Assembly (NCBI GenBank): GCA_050115495.1
Contig: JASFQK010000021.1
Coordinates: forward strand, 49,620 to 113,619
DNA length: 64,000 nt
Direction of reading: 5' to 3'
Origin: Phycisphaerae bacterium
Lineage (GTDB): Bacteria > Planctomycetota > Phycisphaerae > UBA1845 > Fen-1342
The notes beneath the pieces are model-generated. The model saw only the letters and a program-made list of their open reading frames with translations, did no database searches and was not told the DNA's origin. Made by a program: the position numbers and the translations under genes. Positions 45,718-56,074 of the stretch are shown piece after piece; position 1 is the stretch's first letter; each line of letters begins with the position of its first letter.

Positions 45718-45757
45718 ACTCCGAGAGACGTCCGGCATCCTGCCGCGCCGGGAGACG

Positions 45758-47695
45758 CTACTGGCGGCGGGTACGGCGCGGGGCGCGGCGGGTTGGTTCG
45801 AGGGCGGAGGCGATCGCCGACGGGGAGACCTCGGGAACGTGCTCGCGGCCGGGGTAACGCGCCAGGAACGCCAGCCGGCGGGCGGCGGCGTAGTAACGCC
45901 CCAGGTTGTTCCAATCGAAGTGCTCGGCGTGACTCTCCACCTGGTTCCGCAACGCGATACGCTCCCGGCGGGACATACGCGTCAGGTTGTACAGCCAGGC
46001 CGTAACCTGCTCGACCGTCGCCGCGAAGCTCACGCCTCGCCGGCGGGCGACGTACAAGCCGCGCTCGTCGTGGCCGGGGAAGTTCTCCATGACGTAAGCG
46101 CCGAAGCCGCTGAGATCGCTGGTGATCGCCGGCACGCCGCGAACGAGGCACTCCAGCGGCGTGTAGCCCCAGGGCTCGTAGTACGAGGGGAAGACGCCGA
46201 GGTGGCAGCCGCGAACGAAACGGTCGTAGTCCATGCCCAGCAGCGGCGAGGTGACCGACATGAAGTCGGGGTGATAGACGACCTTCACGCGGTCCTCGGG
46301 CATGTTCCACAGGCCGCGATAGCGAAGGTGCCCGAGGATTGGGTCGCCCGCATCGTCGACGAGGTCGTGTGTGACGATGGTCGGGGCCGACGAGCGCCGC
46401 AGGGCGTACATCATGCGCTTCAGGCGGACGGCGCCGTACTCGTCGAGCAGATCCTCGATGGTCGGCATGCGGCTGCGGGCGATCGTGTGGAAGAGGCGCT
46501 GGCCGATCTCGCGCTCGATCTCGGCACAGGTGTCGCGCAGCTCGTCGAGCATCGCCTGGCGGTTGAGTGTTTCGACGTTGAAAGCCCGCGTCGCGGCGCG
46601 CGTGACGATGAACGCGACAACGGTGGCCGTGGCGCCGTCGGCCTTCATGCGCTGGTTAAGCTCGTGGAGAGCCTCGATGAAGACGTCGAGCCCCTTGTTG
46701 CGATACTCGTAACGGCCGGACGTGAAGACGTACAGCGTACGGTCGAGATCGAAGGTGTAGCTGGGGAAGAAATGCCCCATGACGAACTCGTGGATGCGGT
46801 CGCGGCTGGCGCGGTGCAGCACCTGGAACTCGTGCGGGGCGGTGAAGCGCTCGACGTTGAGGCCGTTGGGCAACAGGGCATCCGGCCGGCGGCCGAGGAA
46901 CTGCTCGGCTTCGAGAGCGGTGATGCCCGAGACGGTGGTGAAGATGTCGGCCGCGCTGGCGGCGGCACCTTCGAGAGCGTGGCGGTGGGCATAGCCGGCG
47001 GCGTAGGCCGCCCCGCCGGCGTCGATGTCCCGCAGATGCTCGTAGAGCTCGGCGTTGGAAGCGCTGAGGTTACGGCCGACGAGCGTGGCGTGCGTGGTGA
47101 AGACAGTCGCCAGCCGGGCGCCGCGGTGACGCAGCATGGGTAGCGCCGCGCCCGCCTGCCACTCGTGAAAGTGAGCCAGGACCGGCCGTTCACCGACTGC
47201 CGCTTCGAGGGCGAGCAGGAACTCGGTGACGACGCAGCCGAAAGCGGCGGCATCGTCGAACTCGCCGTCGCCGTCGGGTGAGGCGACGCCGTTGTCCTTC
47301 CACAGGCTGTACTTCACCTGGGGCAGCTTGTCGCGGACGGTGTCGACGTCGAGGAGCACGGTGCGCGGGCGGCCGGTGACGAGCCAGCGGCCGAACTCGG
47401 CGCGGATGCCCTTCTCGGCGAGGCGGGCGAGAACGCCGGCGAGCAGCGCATCGGGCTGCTGGGGCTCGAGCTCGATGCGGGCGGAGGACTCGCGATAGGG
47501 CCCGATCAGGCAATAGGCGTCGCCCCACCGGCGGACGGTCGCCGGGGCCTTGCTGCGCAGGACGGTATAGATGCCGCCGACCTGGCTACACACCTCCCAC
47601 GCCACCTCGAAGAGCAGGGCTGTGTCGGGCGCATCGTCGAAAGCGGTGGCCGGGTCGTGCTGGTCGGAGCCGGCGCGGTCGGGGGATGCGGTCAT
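45758..47695 (-). CDS. GT3-family (fungal/animal-type) glycogen synthase
   Basis: FEVAWEV..VGGIYTV..SKA, AHFHEWQAG, FTTHAT..GR, GRYEYRNKG.DVFIEAL, GCHLGVFPSYYEPWGYTP.EC. Confidence 0.92.
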   Translation of the reverse strand: MTASPDRAGSDQHDPATAFDDAPDTALLFEVAWEVCSQVGGIYTVLRSKAPATVRRWGDAYCLIGPYRESSARIELEPQQPDALLAGVLARLAEKGIRAEFGRWLVTGRPRTVLLDVDTVRDKLPQVKYSLWKDNGVASPDGDGEFDDAAAFGCVVTEFLLALEAAVGERPVLAHFHEWQAGAALPMLRHRGARLATVFTTHATLVGRNLSASNAELYEHLRDIDAGGAAYAAGYAHRHALEGAAASAADIFTTVSGITALEAEQFLGRRPDALLPNGLNVERFTAPHEFQVLHRASRDRIHEFVMGHFFPSYTFDLDRTLYVFTSGRYEYRNKGLDVFIEALHELNQRMKADGATATVVAFIVTRAATRAFNVETLNRQAMLDELRDTCAEIEREIGQRLFHTIARSRMPTIEDLLDEYGAVRLKRMMYALRRSSAPTIVTHDLVDDAGDPILGHLRYRGLWNMPEDRVKVVYHPDFMSVTSPLLGMDYDRFVRGCHLGVFPSYYEPWGYTPLECLVRGVPAITSDLSGFGAYVMENFPGHDERGLYVARRRGVSFAATVEQVTAWLYNLTRMSRRERIALRNQVESHAEHFDWNNLGRYYAAARRLAFLARYPGREHVPEVSPSAIASALEPTRRAPRRTRRQ

Positions 47696-47805
47696 CGCGC
47701 GCTTATGCCTCCTGGCGATAGGGCTCGCAACACGTTCGTGACGTGCTCAAGCGGCACTGTACCGAGTGGAGCGACGGTGCGCCAACGAGCAAATCCGCCG
47801 GCGGT

Positions 47806-48975
47806 TCAGGTCGTGCGGCGCGGGGCCGGGGTGAGGAACTTCGGCAGCGGCGCTGTGGTCCGCCCGAGGATGAACGGCACGTAGCGCTGGATCATCCACA
47901 TCACCGGGATGCAGACCACGACGGACACGAGCGTGCCACCGACGGCCACCGCCGTGAACAGGGCGAGGTTCATCTGCGGCAGGGTCTGCACGAGCCAGGC
48001 GGCGGCTTGTGGGTTGACGTAGTCGTGCAGGATGCCGTCGAGGCACATGAGGGCGAGCGTAATCTGGCCGAGGTACACCAGGGCGGGATGGGCCGGGATG
48101 ACCTGACTGAGGTAGACGAGGAAGAGCGAGCCGGCCAGGGCACTGAGCAGGAACCACCAGGGCTGCCCGTAGTTGCCGCCGGCGAGGAACATGACGTGGC
48201 GGCCAGCTATGTGATTGAGGTCGTATGTGAGCGTGGTGACGGCGAGCAGTGCCAGAACGAGCAGCCAGCGCCAGAGCGTCGGCCGGCCTTCGGTCACGAG
48301 GCCAACGCGCCGGAGCAGAATCCCGATCTGGTAGAAGACCATCGCCCCGACCGCCGAGCTGAGGTGCCACCACTGGGCGGCGCCGTGCCAGGCGGTGTCG
48401 AGGTCGGTCCGGTAGAGAGCGACGAGCCAAGTCAGGCCGGCGAAGACGACGATCGAGGCGATGAGGCCGGCGGTGTGCTTGAGCAACGGCCGCAACAGGT
48501 ATTGCCACAACTCGACGACGAAGAGGCAGACGAGGAACCACATGAGCACGTTCCACGTCGGCTCGCCGAGCGCGGTTTCGAGGAGGAACTTGCCGCCGGC
48601 GTATTGGGCTCCGCCGAGCAGGCCGCGAACGCCGAACTCGCCGAGGTCGGGCTGAACGAGCTGGCCGCGCATCCAGGCAAGCAGGCCGAGCGCGTTGAAG
48701 GCCCAGGCGGGAACGAGGCGGGTGAGCAGTTGGCGCTTGGCGAAGGTCCCGAAGGGCATCGGGCGGTCTTTGTAGACCAGGCCGACGAGCAGGAAAAACA
48801 CCGGCATGTGGAAGGCGTAGATCCACTTCATCTGGGCCAGCGCGCCCGGGACGCCATGCTCGATGAAGCGCTCGACGAAGTGCCCGTGGAAGACGAGGAC
48901 GATGCCGAGGGCTTTGGCGACGTCGATCCAAGCGATGCGTGGTCCAGCGGCGGGAGATGTGGGGATGGTGGTCAT
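47806..48975 (-). CDS. Acyltransferase family 3 membrane protein
   Basis: RIAWIDVAKALGIVLVFHGH, IYAFHMPVFFLLVG, WFL..LF, LG..TL. Confidence 0.9.
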   Translation of the reverse strand: MTTIPTSPAAGPRIAWIDVAKALGIVLVFHGHFVERFIEHGVPGALAQMKWIYAFHMPVFFLLVGLVYKDRPMPFGTFAKRQLLTRLVPAWAFNALGLLAWMRGQLVQPDLGEFGVRGLLGGAQYAGGKFLLETALGEPTWNVLMWFLVCLFVVELWQYLLRPLLKHTAGLIASIVVFAGLTWLVALYRTDLDTAWHGAAQWWHLSSAVGAMVFYQIGILLRRVGLVTEGRPTLWRWLLVLALLAVTTLTYDLNHIAGRHVMFLAGGNYGQPWWFLLSALAGSLFLVYLSQVIPAHPALVYLGQITLALMCLDGILHDYVNPQAAAWLVQTLPQMNLALFTAVAVGGTLVSVVVCIPVMWMIQRYVPFILGRTTAPLPKFLTPAPRRTT

Positions 48976-49544
48976 GCGCTCACCCTGTTGGCGACGGCGG
49001 GAATTGCCGACGCCGCATGGTGCCGATTCAGGCGTTCCGCCGCAACCCCGTTAAGGCGTGGTTCGCCGACTTATCGGGCGTCGGCGGCGTTGACACTTTC
49101 CGACATCTGCGATCCCGCGCGGCTGTCGTAATCGTTGCATCCGCCGGACCCGATGTGTTATGGTAAAGGCGGCGAGCGCCTGGATATAGGTAAGGTTTGC
49201 GCGTTTGTGGAGACGGTCGCTCGCCGAAAAAGGCTGGAGGTGTCGGCGTGCGGGCGGCGGTCCGGTCGGCACGGGGGGTGGATGCGCTGGGAAGGACAAC
49301 GAGTGTGGGATTACGCCACTGGCCCGCAAGGGAACCTCTATGGGGACGGGGCCGTGCGCCAATTCGTACCTGGCACTCTGTACTCAGTAAGACGGCGGCG
49401 GGTGAGCAGCTCGGCAAGCCGTGGTGACGTGTGGATATAGCCGGAGGGTGGTGCCCGCGGGGCGCCGCCGGTCCGGAGGGATTGGCGCTTTGCACGGGCA
49501 GTAGAATGCTCGTGGGTGGCCACGTTGGCTGAAGGAGGCCGTTG

Positions 49545-52500
49545 ATGCGCGGGATGAGAAGGTCCAACGGGATGGCCGGGGTGGTGGTTCTGGTGCTGGC
49601 GCTGCTGGTCGTGACGACGGCAGCCGTAGCGGAGGAGGCGTGGGTGACGGCTGCGAACGGGCAGCTTGTCGCCGTGCCGGGGGCCACCGCCCAGGTACCG
49701 CAGATGAACGTGACGGCCTACGGACCGGACGGTCTGACCGTGCTGGTGGACGTGGCCGGGCTGGAGTTCGGGCAGACGAAGAACGCGGCCGGCCAGTTCA
49801 CGACGCTGACCTGTCCGCGCACGCCGCTGGGCGGCGAAGCTGGACAGCCGGGCGTACCGGTCGTACGGCAGCTGTTCTTCGGTCCCGCCGACGGCATCGT
49901 GAACGTGACGGTCGACGCCGGGCCGGCGGTGACGAGTAACCTCGCCGCCCTGGGCTACAGCTCGCCGCTGTGGCCGGTGCAGGCGTCGGTGCGGATGGAC
50001 GAGAACATGCCCGAGGTGCTGCTAGTGGATTGGGACGCGGCGGCGTACGGGCAGGATGAGCTCGGGCCTGCCGAACGGGTGACGGTCACAGAGCTGGGAA
50101 TCGTGCGCGGGCACTACCTGTACCTGCTCGAGGTGCGGCCGGTGGCGTACAACCCGGTGACGGGCGATCTGGCTTTCTGGCCGCAGATCGGGGTGGGCCT
50201 GGACTTCCCGGGCGGCTGTGCGGAAGGGCTGCCGCTGGGTCCGATGGCCGGTGTCAACCACAGCGTGCTGAACCCCCTGCCGCCGGAGCCGATGGGCCGC
50301 GGCGAGGGTAACTACCTGATCCTCACGCCGAGCCTGTACTACGACACGACGGCGCTGAACGCACTGACGGCGTGGCGGACGGCGCAGGGCTTCGACGTGA
50401 CCACGCACCTGGTGGCCTCGGGCACGAGCCGCACAACGCTCAAGTCGTACATCCAGGGCCTGTGGGGCACGGCGAATGCGCCGGACTACGTCCTGCTGGT
50501 CGGCGACACGACGGGATCGTCGTCATCGACGAACTCGCTGCCGCACTGGTCGGGCGCGGTGAACTCGGCGACGACGGACCTGCCGTACGCCTGCATGGAC
50601 GCCGGTGACGACTGGTACCCGGACATCGCCGTGGGACGTCTGTCGGTCGACACGAAGGAACAGCTCGACGACGTGGTCGAGAAGATCCTGTTCGTGGAGG
50701 CGGGCGAGTACAGCGATCCGGACTACGTCAAACGGGTGGCGATGGCGGCGACGAACGACATGAGCAGCGGCGGCGAAGAGTCGCACGAGGCAGTGATCGC
50801 GGACATCCTCACGCCGGCGGAGTACGTGCCGACGCGCATTTACGCGCGGCTGGGCGGGGGTACGGCGGACATCACGGCGGCGGTGGAGGCCGGTTCGGCG
50901 TTCACGCTGTACTTCGGGCACAGCGATTCGGGCGGCTGGTGGAACCCCGGGTTCGAACAGGGCGACATCAACGGCCTGGAGAACGCGGGGCTGTACGGGC
51001 TGACCTTCGGCTTCTCGTGCAACACGGCGCACTTCAACTACGACGAGTGCTCGGGCGAGATCTGGCTGCGGAAGCAGGACGCGGGCTCGGCGGCGTACCT
51101 GTCGGCCTCGACGTATATCTACTACACGCAGAGCCCGTGGCACGAGTCGCAGTTCCTGGAGTACCACTTCTTCGAGTCGTTCCTGGTGGAGGATATCTGG
51201 GAAGTGCGGCCGGCGTGGGACGCGGCGCTGTACGACATGCTGGGCCACTACGGGGCGACGAACACGACCCGCGACCACTTCGAGATGTTCGTGCTGCTGG
51301 GCGATCCGGCGTTCCGGGTGCCGCAGGAGCGCGGCTTCAGCCTGCACCCGGCCCCGGAGACGCAGTCACTGTGCTGCCCGCCGAAGGTTGAGGCGAACTA
51401 CACCATCGAGGTGCAGCAGCACCAGGACTTCAGCGAGACGGTGACGCTCAGCGCGGACAACCTGCCGCCCGGAACGACCGCGGACTTCTCCGTGAATTCG
51501 CAGCCGCCGCCGTTCACGACGGTGATGACAATCAGCAACATCGCCCCGGCGGCGCCCGGGTCGTACATGATCGACATCATCGGGACGGCGACGTCGCTGG
51601 AGATCAGCAAGACGGTCGGGCTGAACCTGTCGACGGGGTTGCCGGACACGGTTGTGCTGACCAGCCCGAACGACGGCGCGATCAACGTGGCCCGCAAACC
51701 GACGCTGGTCTGGCAGCCGGCGGCCCAGGCCGCGGAGTACGACATCCAGGTGTCGCTGAACGGCGCGTTCACGGCCATTGTGTACACGGCGACAACGACC
51801 GACACGCAGCACATGCTGGAAAACAACCTGGCCAGCGACACGCTGCACTACTGGCGGGTCCGGGCGGCCAACGGCTGCGGCGATGGCAGCTGGTCGACGC
51901 CGTTCTCGTTCCGCACGATCGCCATCCCCGACTACTTCACCGAGCAGTTCAACGGCAACTTCGACCTGGACAACTTCTGCATCCTGTTCCACCCGGACGG
52001 GTCTGGCAGCCACTACCGGGCCTGCGGCGGCGAGCAGACGGAGTTCTTCGTCGATCCGTCCACGGCGACGACTCTGTCGCTGGCAGATGACGGGTCCCAG
52101 CACATCTACCTCGGAGACAGCCGCGCGGTCGAGCTGTACGGCCTGGGCTACTCGAGCTTCTACGTGAACGCCAACGGCTCGATCACGTTCAGCAGCGGTG
52201 ATGGGGAATACGAGGAGACCCTCCCCGGTCACTTCGGCCAGCCGCGTATCGCGCCGCTGTTCGACGATCTGAACCCGGAGACCGGCGGCCGGATCAGTTG
52301 GCAGCAACTGGACGACCGGGCGGTGGTCACGTACGAGAACCTGCCCGAGTGGAGCTCGTCAAACCTCAACTCGTTCCAGGTCGAGATGTTCTTCGACGGC
52401 GATCTGCGCGTGACCTGGCTGCGTATCGACTCGAACGATTCGATCGTGGGGCTGTCGGGAGGCGACGGTTTGCCCGGCGACTACGACGCCTCCGACCTGT

Positions 52501-52715
52501 CGGCGACGGGTCCGTGCTATTTCGTGGGCGATATGAACTGCGACGGGGCCATCGACAACTTCGACATCGGTCCGTTCGTCATGGCCCTAACCAACCCGAC
52601 CGGATACCAGGATGCGTATCCGAACTGCGATATCAACCTCGCCGACTGCAACGGCGACGGCGCGGTGGACAACTTCGACATCAGCGCGTTCGTCGGCCTG
52701 CTCACCGGGCCATGA
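49545..52715 (+). CDS. C25 (gingipain-like) cysteine peptidase + Ig/FN3 + nidogen-like + dockerin-like tail, paralog 1
   Basis: AAGGAGG RBS; propeptide GQPGVPV; YVLLVGD, TDLPY, PDIAVGRL, YFGH (His), FSCNT (Cys), LLGDP; GDMNCDGAIDNFDI repeated twice. Confidence 0.88.
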   Translation: MRGMRRSNGMAGVVVLVLALLVVTTAAVAEEAWVTAANGQLVAVPGATAQVPQMNVTAYGPDGLTVLVDVAGLEFGQTKNAAGQFTTLTCPRTPLGGEAGQPGVPVVRQLFFGPADGIVNVTVDAGPAVTSNLAALGYSSPLWPVQASVRMDENMPEVLLVDWDAAAYGQDELGPAERVTVTELGIVRGHYLYLLEVRPVAYNPVTGDLAFWPQIGVGLDFPGGCAEGLPLGPMAGVNHSVLNPLPPEPMGRGEGNYLILTPSLYYDTTALNALTAWRTAQGFDVTTHLVASGTSRTTLKSYIQGLWGTANAPDYVLLVGDTTGSSSSTNSLPHWSGAVNSATTDLPYACMDAGDDWYPDIAVGRLSVDTKEQLDDVVEKILFVEAGEYSDPDYVKRVAMAATNDMSSGGEESHEAVIADILTPAEYVPTRIYARLGGGTADITAAVEAGSAFTLYFGHSDSGGWWNPGFEQGDINGLENAGLYGLTFGFSCNTAHFNYDECSGEIWLRKQDAGSAAYLSASTYIYYTQSPWHESQFLEYHFFESFLVEDIWEVRPAWDAALYDMLGHYGATNTTRDHFEMFVLLGDPAFRVPQERGFSLHPAPETQSLCCPPKVEANYTIEVQQHQDFSETVTLSADNLPPGTTADFSVNSQPPPFTTVMTISNIAPAAPGSYMIDIIGTATSLEISKTVGLNLSTGLPDTVVLTSPNDGAINVARKPTLVWQPAAQAAEYDIQVSLNGAFTAIVYTATTTDTQHMLENNLASDTLHYWRVRAANGCGDGSWSTPFSFRTIAIPDYFTEQFNGNFDLDNFCILFHPDGSGSHYRACGGEQTEFFVDPSTATTLSLADDGSQHIYLGDSRAVELYGLGYSSFYVNANGSITFSSGDGEYEETLPGHFGQPRIAPLFDDLNPETGGRISWQQLDDRAVVTYENLPEWSSSNLNSFQVEMFFDGDLRVTWLRIDSNDSIVGLSGGDGLPGDYDASDLSATGPCYFVGDMNCDGAIDNFDIGPFVMALTNPTGYQDAYPNCDINLADCNGDGAVDNFDISAFVGLLTGP

Positions 52716-52758
52716 TGGCCTAGGTGACGGTGAGCGAAAATCAAGCGAAGTGCCGGCG

Positions 52759-52785
52759 GGCGGTGTGGAACCGGGTCACACCGCC
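52759..52785 (+). terminator. Intergenic hairpin between the C25 genes
   Basis: GGCGGTGTG / CACACCGCC stem, no U-tract. Confidence 0.35.
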
Positions 52786-52830
52786 GGCGGTTCGCCCTGA
52801 GCAGAAAGAAGCAGCTAACGGAGATTGCTC

Positions 52831-55800
52831 ATGCAAGCACGAACAGCCACGCTCAACACGTACTCCCGGACCCTGCTAGCGCTGGCCGTGGTGACCGGGC
52901 TGACCGCCGGCGCGCCGGCGGGGACTTGGTCCGCACTGGCCACTTCCGAGCCTGAGGTCGCGGCCCCGACCGTCACCGTGCACGGTTACGACGACCTGAG
53001 CGTCGACCTGACGGTGGACTTCCACGGCGTGCAGGCCACCCTCCAGCGGACGCCGGCCGGGGAGTTCCTGGTCCTGCGCTGCCCGGATTCGGCGGTGGCA
53101 GGCGACATCGGGGCACCGGCCCTGCCGGTCGTGCGCTACCTGATCTACGGTCCGCCCGAAGGCGCGGGCGAACTGGTGATCAACACCGCGCCGGCGGAGC
53201 TGGTCGACCTGGGCGCGTACGGCGGAGCGCTGGTCATGCCGATGCAGCCCCCGGCCCCCGTCGACGAGGCAGCGGAAGCGGTGTTCCACTACGACGCGGC
53301 CGCCTACGCCACGGCGGAGCCGCTGCCCACCGAGCGGGTCACGCTGACCAAGGCCGGCATCATGCGCGGCCACCACCTGTACCTGCTCGAGGTGCGGCCG
53401 GTGGTGTACGACGCGACGACGAACGCGCTGACGGTCTGGCCGCGGATCGACGTGCGCATCGCCTTCGCGGCCCCCTGCCGACCGGAAGCGGCGAGCAAAC
53501 CACTGCCGCGTCTGCGCGGCACGCTGCTGAACCCGCCGACGCCCGCGGGGCGACCGACGAAGAACTACACGATCCTGGTGAGCGACGCGGCCCTGGCGGG
53601 AGCGCTGGGCGATTTCGTGACGGCGAAGGAAGCCCGTGGCTTCGACGTAAACGTCCTCCAGGTGACGCCGGGCCTGACCAACACCGAGTACAAGGCGCAG
53701 ATTGAAGCGTTGTGGGGCACGCCGGACGCGCCGGACTACCTGCTGATTGTCGGCGACGGCGCCGACTGGAGCGGCGACTACGTGATTCCGGGCTTCATCG
53801 GCGGCGGTGACCGGACGGCGGATACCGACCTGCCGTACGCCTGCATGGACGGGCCGGACGACTGGGTCCCCGACTTCCCGGTGGGCCGCTTCTCGGTGCG
53901 CACGGTGGCGCAGTTGCAGGCGGTGATCGCCAAGACACTGTACGTGGAAAGCGGAGTGTTCTCCGACCCCAGCTACGTCACGCGAGCCACGTTCATCGCC
54001 ACGAACGACATGGACAGCGGCGCTGAGGAGACGCACAACTGGGTCGTGGACACGTACATGGATCCGTACGGTTTCAGCAGCACGAAGCTGTACTGCCGGC
54101 TGGGCGCGTCGACGCAGGACGTCCGCGACGCCTTCAACGGCGGCTGCGTCTACGGCGTGTATTACGGGCACAGTTGGACGGCCAGTTGGCGCGACCCTGA
54201 GTTCAGCCACGCCGACGTGCAGGGACTGACGAATCAGGGCATGTACACGTTCCTGTTCCACTTCACGTGCGACATGGGCCGGTACGCGGACATTTTCGTC
54301 GATCCGGGCTTCACCGAGCGCTGGCTGCGTGAGCCGAACAAGGGCGCCGCGGCGAACATCGGTGCTTCGCGCACGATCTACTACATGAGCAACCCCGGCT
54401 GGCCGGAGACGTCGAACCTCGAGAAGTTCCTGTTCGACACGATCTACCTCGATGGCGAACGCGAGGTCAGCCCGGCCTGGCAGGGCGCCCTCGCCCGACT
54501 ACTGACCCTGTACGGGCCGCTGAACCCGGTGACCCGCGACTACCACGAGATGTTCAACCTCATGGGCGATCCGTCGCTGCGCATCCCGGCGCCGGGCGGA
54601 TTCAGCCTCGAAGCCGATCCGGAGGAAGAGTACCTCTGCACGCCGCCGGAGACGTCGGTGCAGTATGCGATCGACGTGATCCCGGACGGCGGTTTCGCCT
54701 CGACGGTCACGCTCAGTGCCGAAGGGCAGCCGGCCGGGTCGACCGTGCAGTTCAGCATCAATGACGCCGTGCCGCCGTTCACGTCGGTCATGACCATCAG
54801 CAACATTCCGGCGGGAGCCTCGCCGGGCGTCTATTACATCCAGGTCACCGGCGAAGCGGCCGGCCAGTTGGAGACGGCCGACGTGGTGCTGAATCTCTCG
54901 TCGGCGGTTCCGGGGGCTGTCGTGCTGAGCAGCCCGCCGGACGGAGCGGAGGACGTGGAGCGTTCGCCGACGCTGGTGTGGCAGGCGGCGACGCAGGCCA
55001 TCGATTACACGCTGCAAGTCGCCACGGACGAAGCGTTCACCGACGTGGTCTACACGACCACCGTCACCGAAACGAGCCACCCCGTGGGCGCGCTGCTGGA
55101 CACGGGCACGCTGCACTACTGGCGGGTGCGGGCCAGTAACGGCTGCGGCGACAGCGGCTATCCGACGCCGTTCACCTTCACGACGGTCGCCCAGCCCGAC
55201 TACTTCACGGAGTTCTTCAACGAGGACGATTTCGACCTGGACAACTTCAGCCTGACTTTCAGCCCCGACGGCTCGACCGACTACTACGAGATCTGCGGCG
55301 GGTCGGCGACGGAGCTGCCGGTCACGCCGGCCGGCGGGACGGCGATCACGCTGGACGACGACGGGTACGCAGCACTGACGCTGCAATCCGGGCAGACCGT
55401 GGAGCTGTACGGCGTGACCTACACGCAGTTCTACGTCGGCAGCAACGGGTACATCACCTTCGGTTCCGGGGATCTGGATGAGCTGGAGTCGCTGGTCGAC
55501 CATTTCCGCCTGCCGCGCATCTCCGCCCTCTTCCACGACCTGAGCCCGAATATCAGCGGGCAGGTGAGCTGGCGGCAGCTCGACGACCGGGCGGTGGTGA
55601 CGTACGAGAACGTGCCCGAGTACAACACGAGCAACACGAACACGTTCCAGATCGAGATGTTCTTCGACGGCGCCGTCCGCGTGACCTGGCTGAACATCGA
55701 CGTCGAGAACGCGATGGTCGGGCTTTCCGAGGGTACCGGCATTCCGCTCGACTACATTGAGTCGAACCTGTCGGACAGCACCCCCTGCTACGAGCAGGGC

Positions 55801-55986
55801 GACATGGACTGCAACGGGCTGGTCAACAACTTCGACATCCGCCCGTTCCTGATGGCGGTTCTCGACCCCGATCGCTACGCGGAGGAGTTCCCGGGCTGCG
55901 ACATCAACCTGGGCGACTTCACCGGGGACGGGCTGGTCAACAACTTTGACATCCGCCCGTTCATCCACAAGCTCGCGGGCAAGTAG
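52831..55986 (+). CDS. C25 (gingipain-like) cysteine peptidase, paralog 2, same architecture
   Basis: GGAG RBS; YLLIVGD, TDLPY, PVGRF, YYGH, FTCDM, LMGDP; GDMDCNGLVNNFDI repeated twice. Confidence 0.88.
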   Translation: MQARTATLNTYSRTLLALAVVTGLTAGAPAGTWSALATSEPEVAAPTVTVHGYDDLSVDLTVDFHGVQATLQRTPAGEFLVLRCPDSAVAGDIGAPALPVVRYLIYGPPEGAGELVINTAPAELVDLGAYGGALVMPMQPPAPVDEAAEAVFHYDAAAYATAEPLPTERVTLTKAGIMRGHHLYLLEVRPVVYDATTNALTVWPRIDVRIAFAAPCRPEAASKPLPRLRGTLLNPPTPAGRPTKNYTILVSDAALAGALGDFVTAKEARGFDVNVLQVTPGLTNTEYKAQIEALWGTPDAPDYLLIVGDGADWSGDYVIPGFIGGGDRTADTDLPYACMDGPDDWVPDFPVGRFSVRTVAQLQAVIAKTLYVESGVFSDPSYVTRATFIATNDMDSGAEETHNWVVDTYMDPYGFSSTKLYCRLGASTQDVRDAFNGGCVYGVYYGHSWTASWRDPEFSHADVQGLTNQGMYTFLFHFTCDMGRYADIFVDPGFTERWLREPNKGAAANIGASRTIYYMSNPGWPETSNLEKFLFDTIYLDGEREVSPAWQGALARLLTLYGPLNPVTRDYHEMFNLMGDPSLRIPAPGGFSLEADPEEEYLCTPPETSVQYAIDVIPDGGFASTVTLSAEGQPAGSTVQFSINDAVPPFTSVMTISNIPAGASPGVYYIQVTGEAAGQLETADVVLNLSSAVPGAVVLSSPPDGAEDVERSPTLVWQAATQAIDYTLQVATDEAFTDVVYTTTVTETSHPVGALLDTGTLHYWRVRASNGCGDSGYPTPFTFTTVAQPDYFTEFFNEDDFDLDNFSLTFSPDGSTDYYEICGGSATELPVTPAGGTAITLDDDGYAALTLQSGQTVELYGVTYTQFYVGSNGYITFGSGDLDELESLVDHFRLPRISALFHDLSPNISGQVSWRQLDDRAVVTYENVPEYNTSNTNTFQIEMFFDGAVRVTWLNIDVENAMVGLSEGTGIPLDYIESNLSDSTPCYEQGDMDCNGLVNNFDIRPFLMAVLDPDRYAEEFPGCDINLGDFTGDGLVNNFDIRPFIHKLAGK

Positions 55987-56074
55987 CGGCGGCCGAAGCG
56001 CCGCAATTGAAAAATGCCTCCCGGCCGGCAGTCGCCTGCGCGGCTGCCGGCCATCTCATTGGGAGAACGGGGGT

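Noticed and set aside
48976..49540. Gene or ncRNA in the long divergent intergenic region
   Set aside because: ORFs lack RBS and motifs; no recognisable RNA structure
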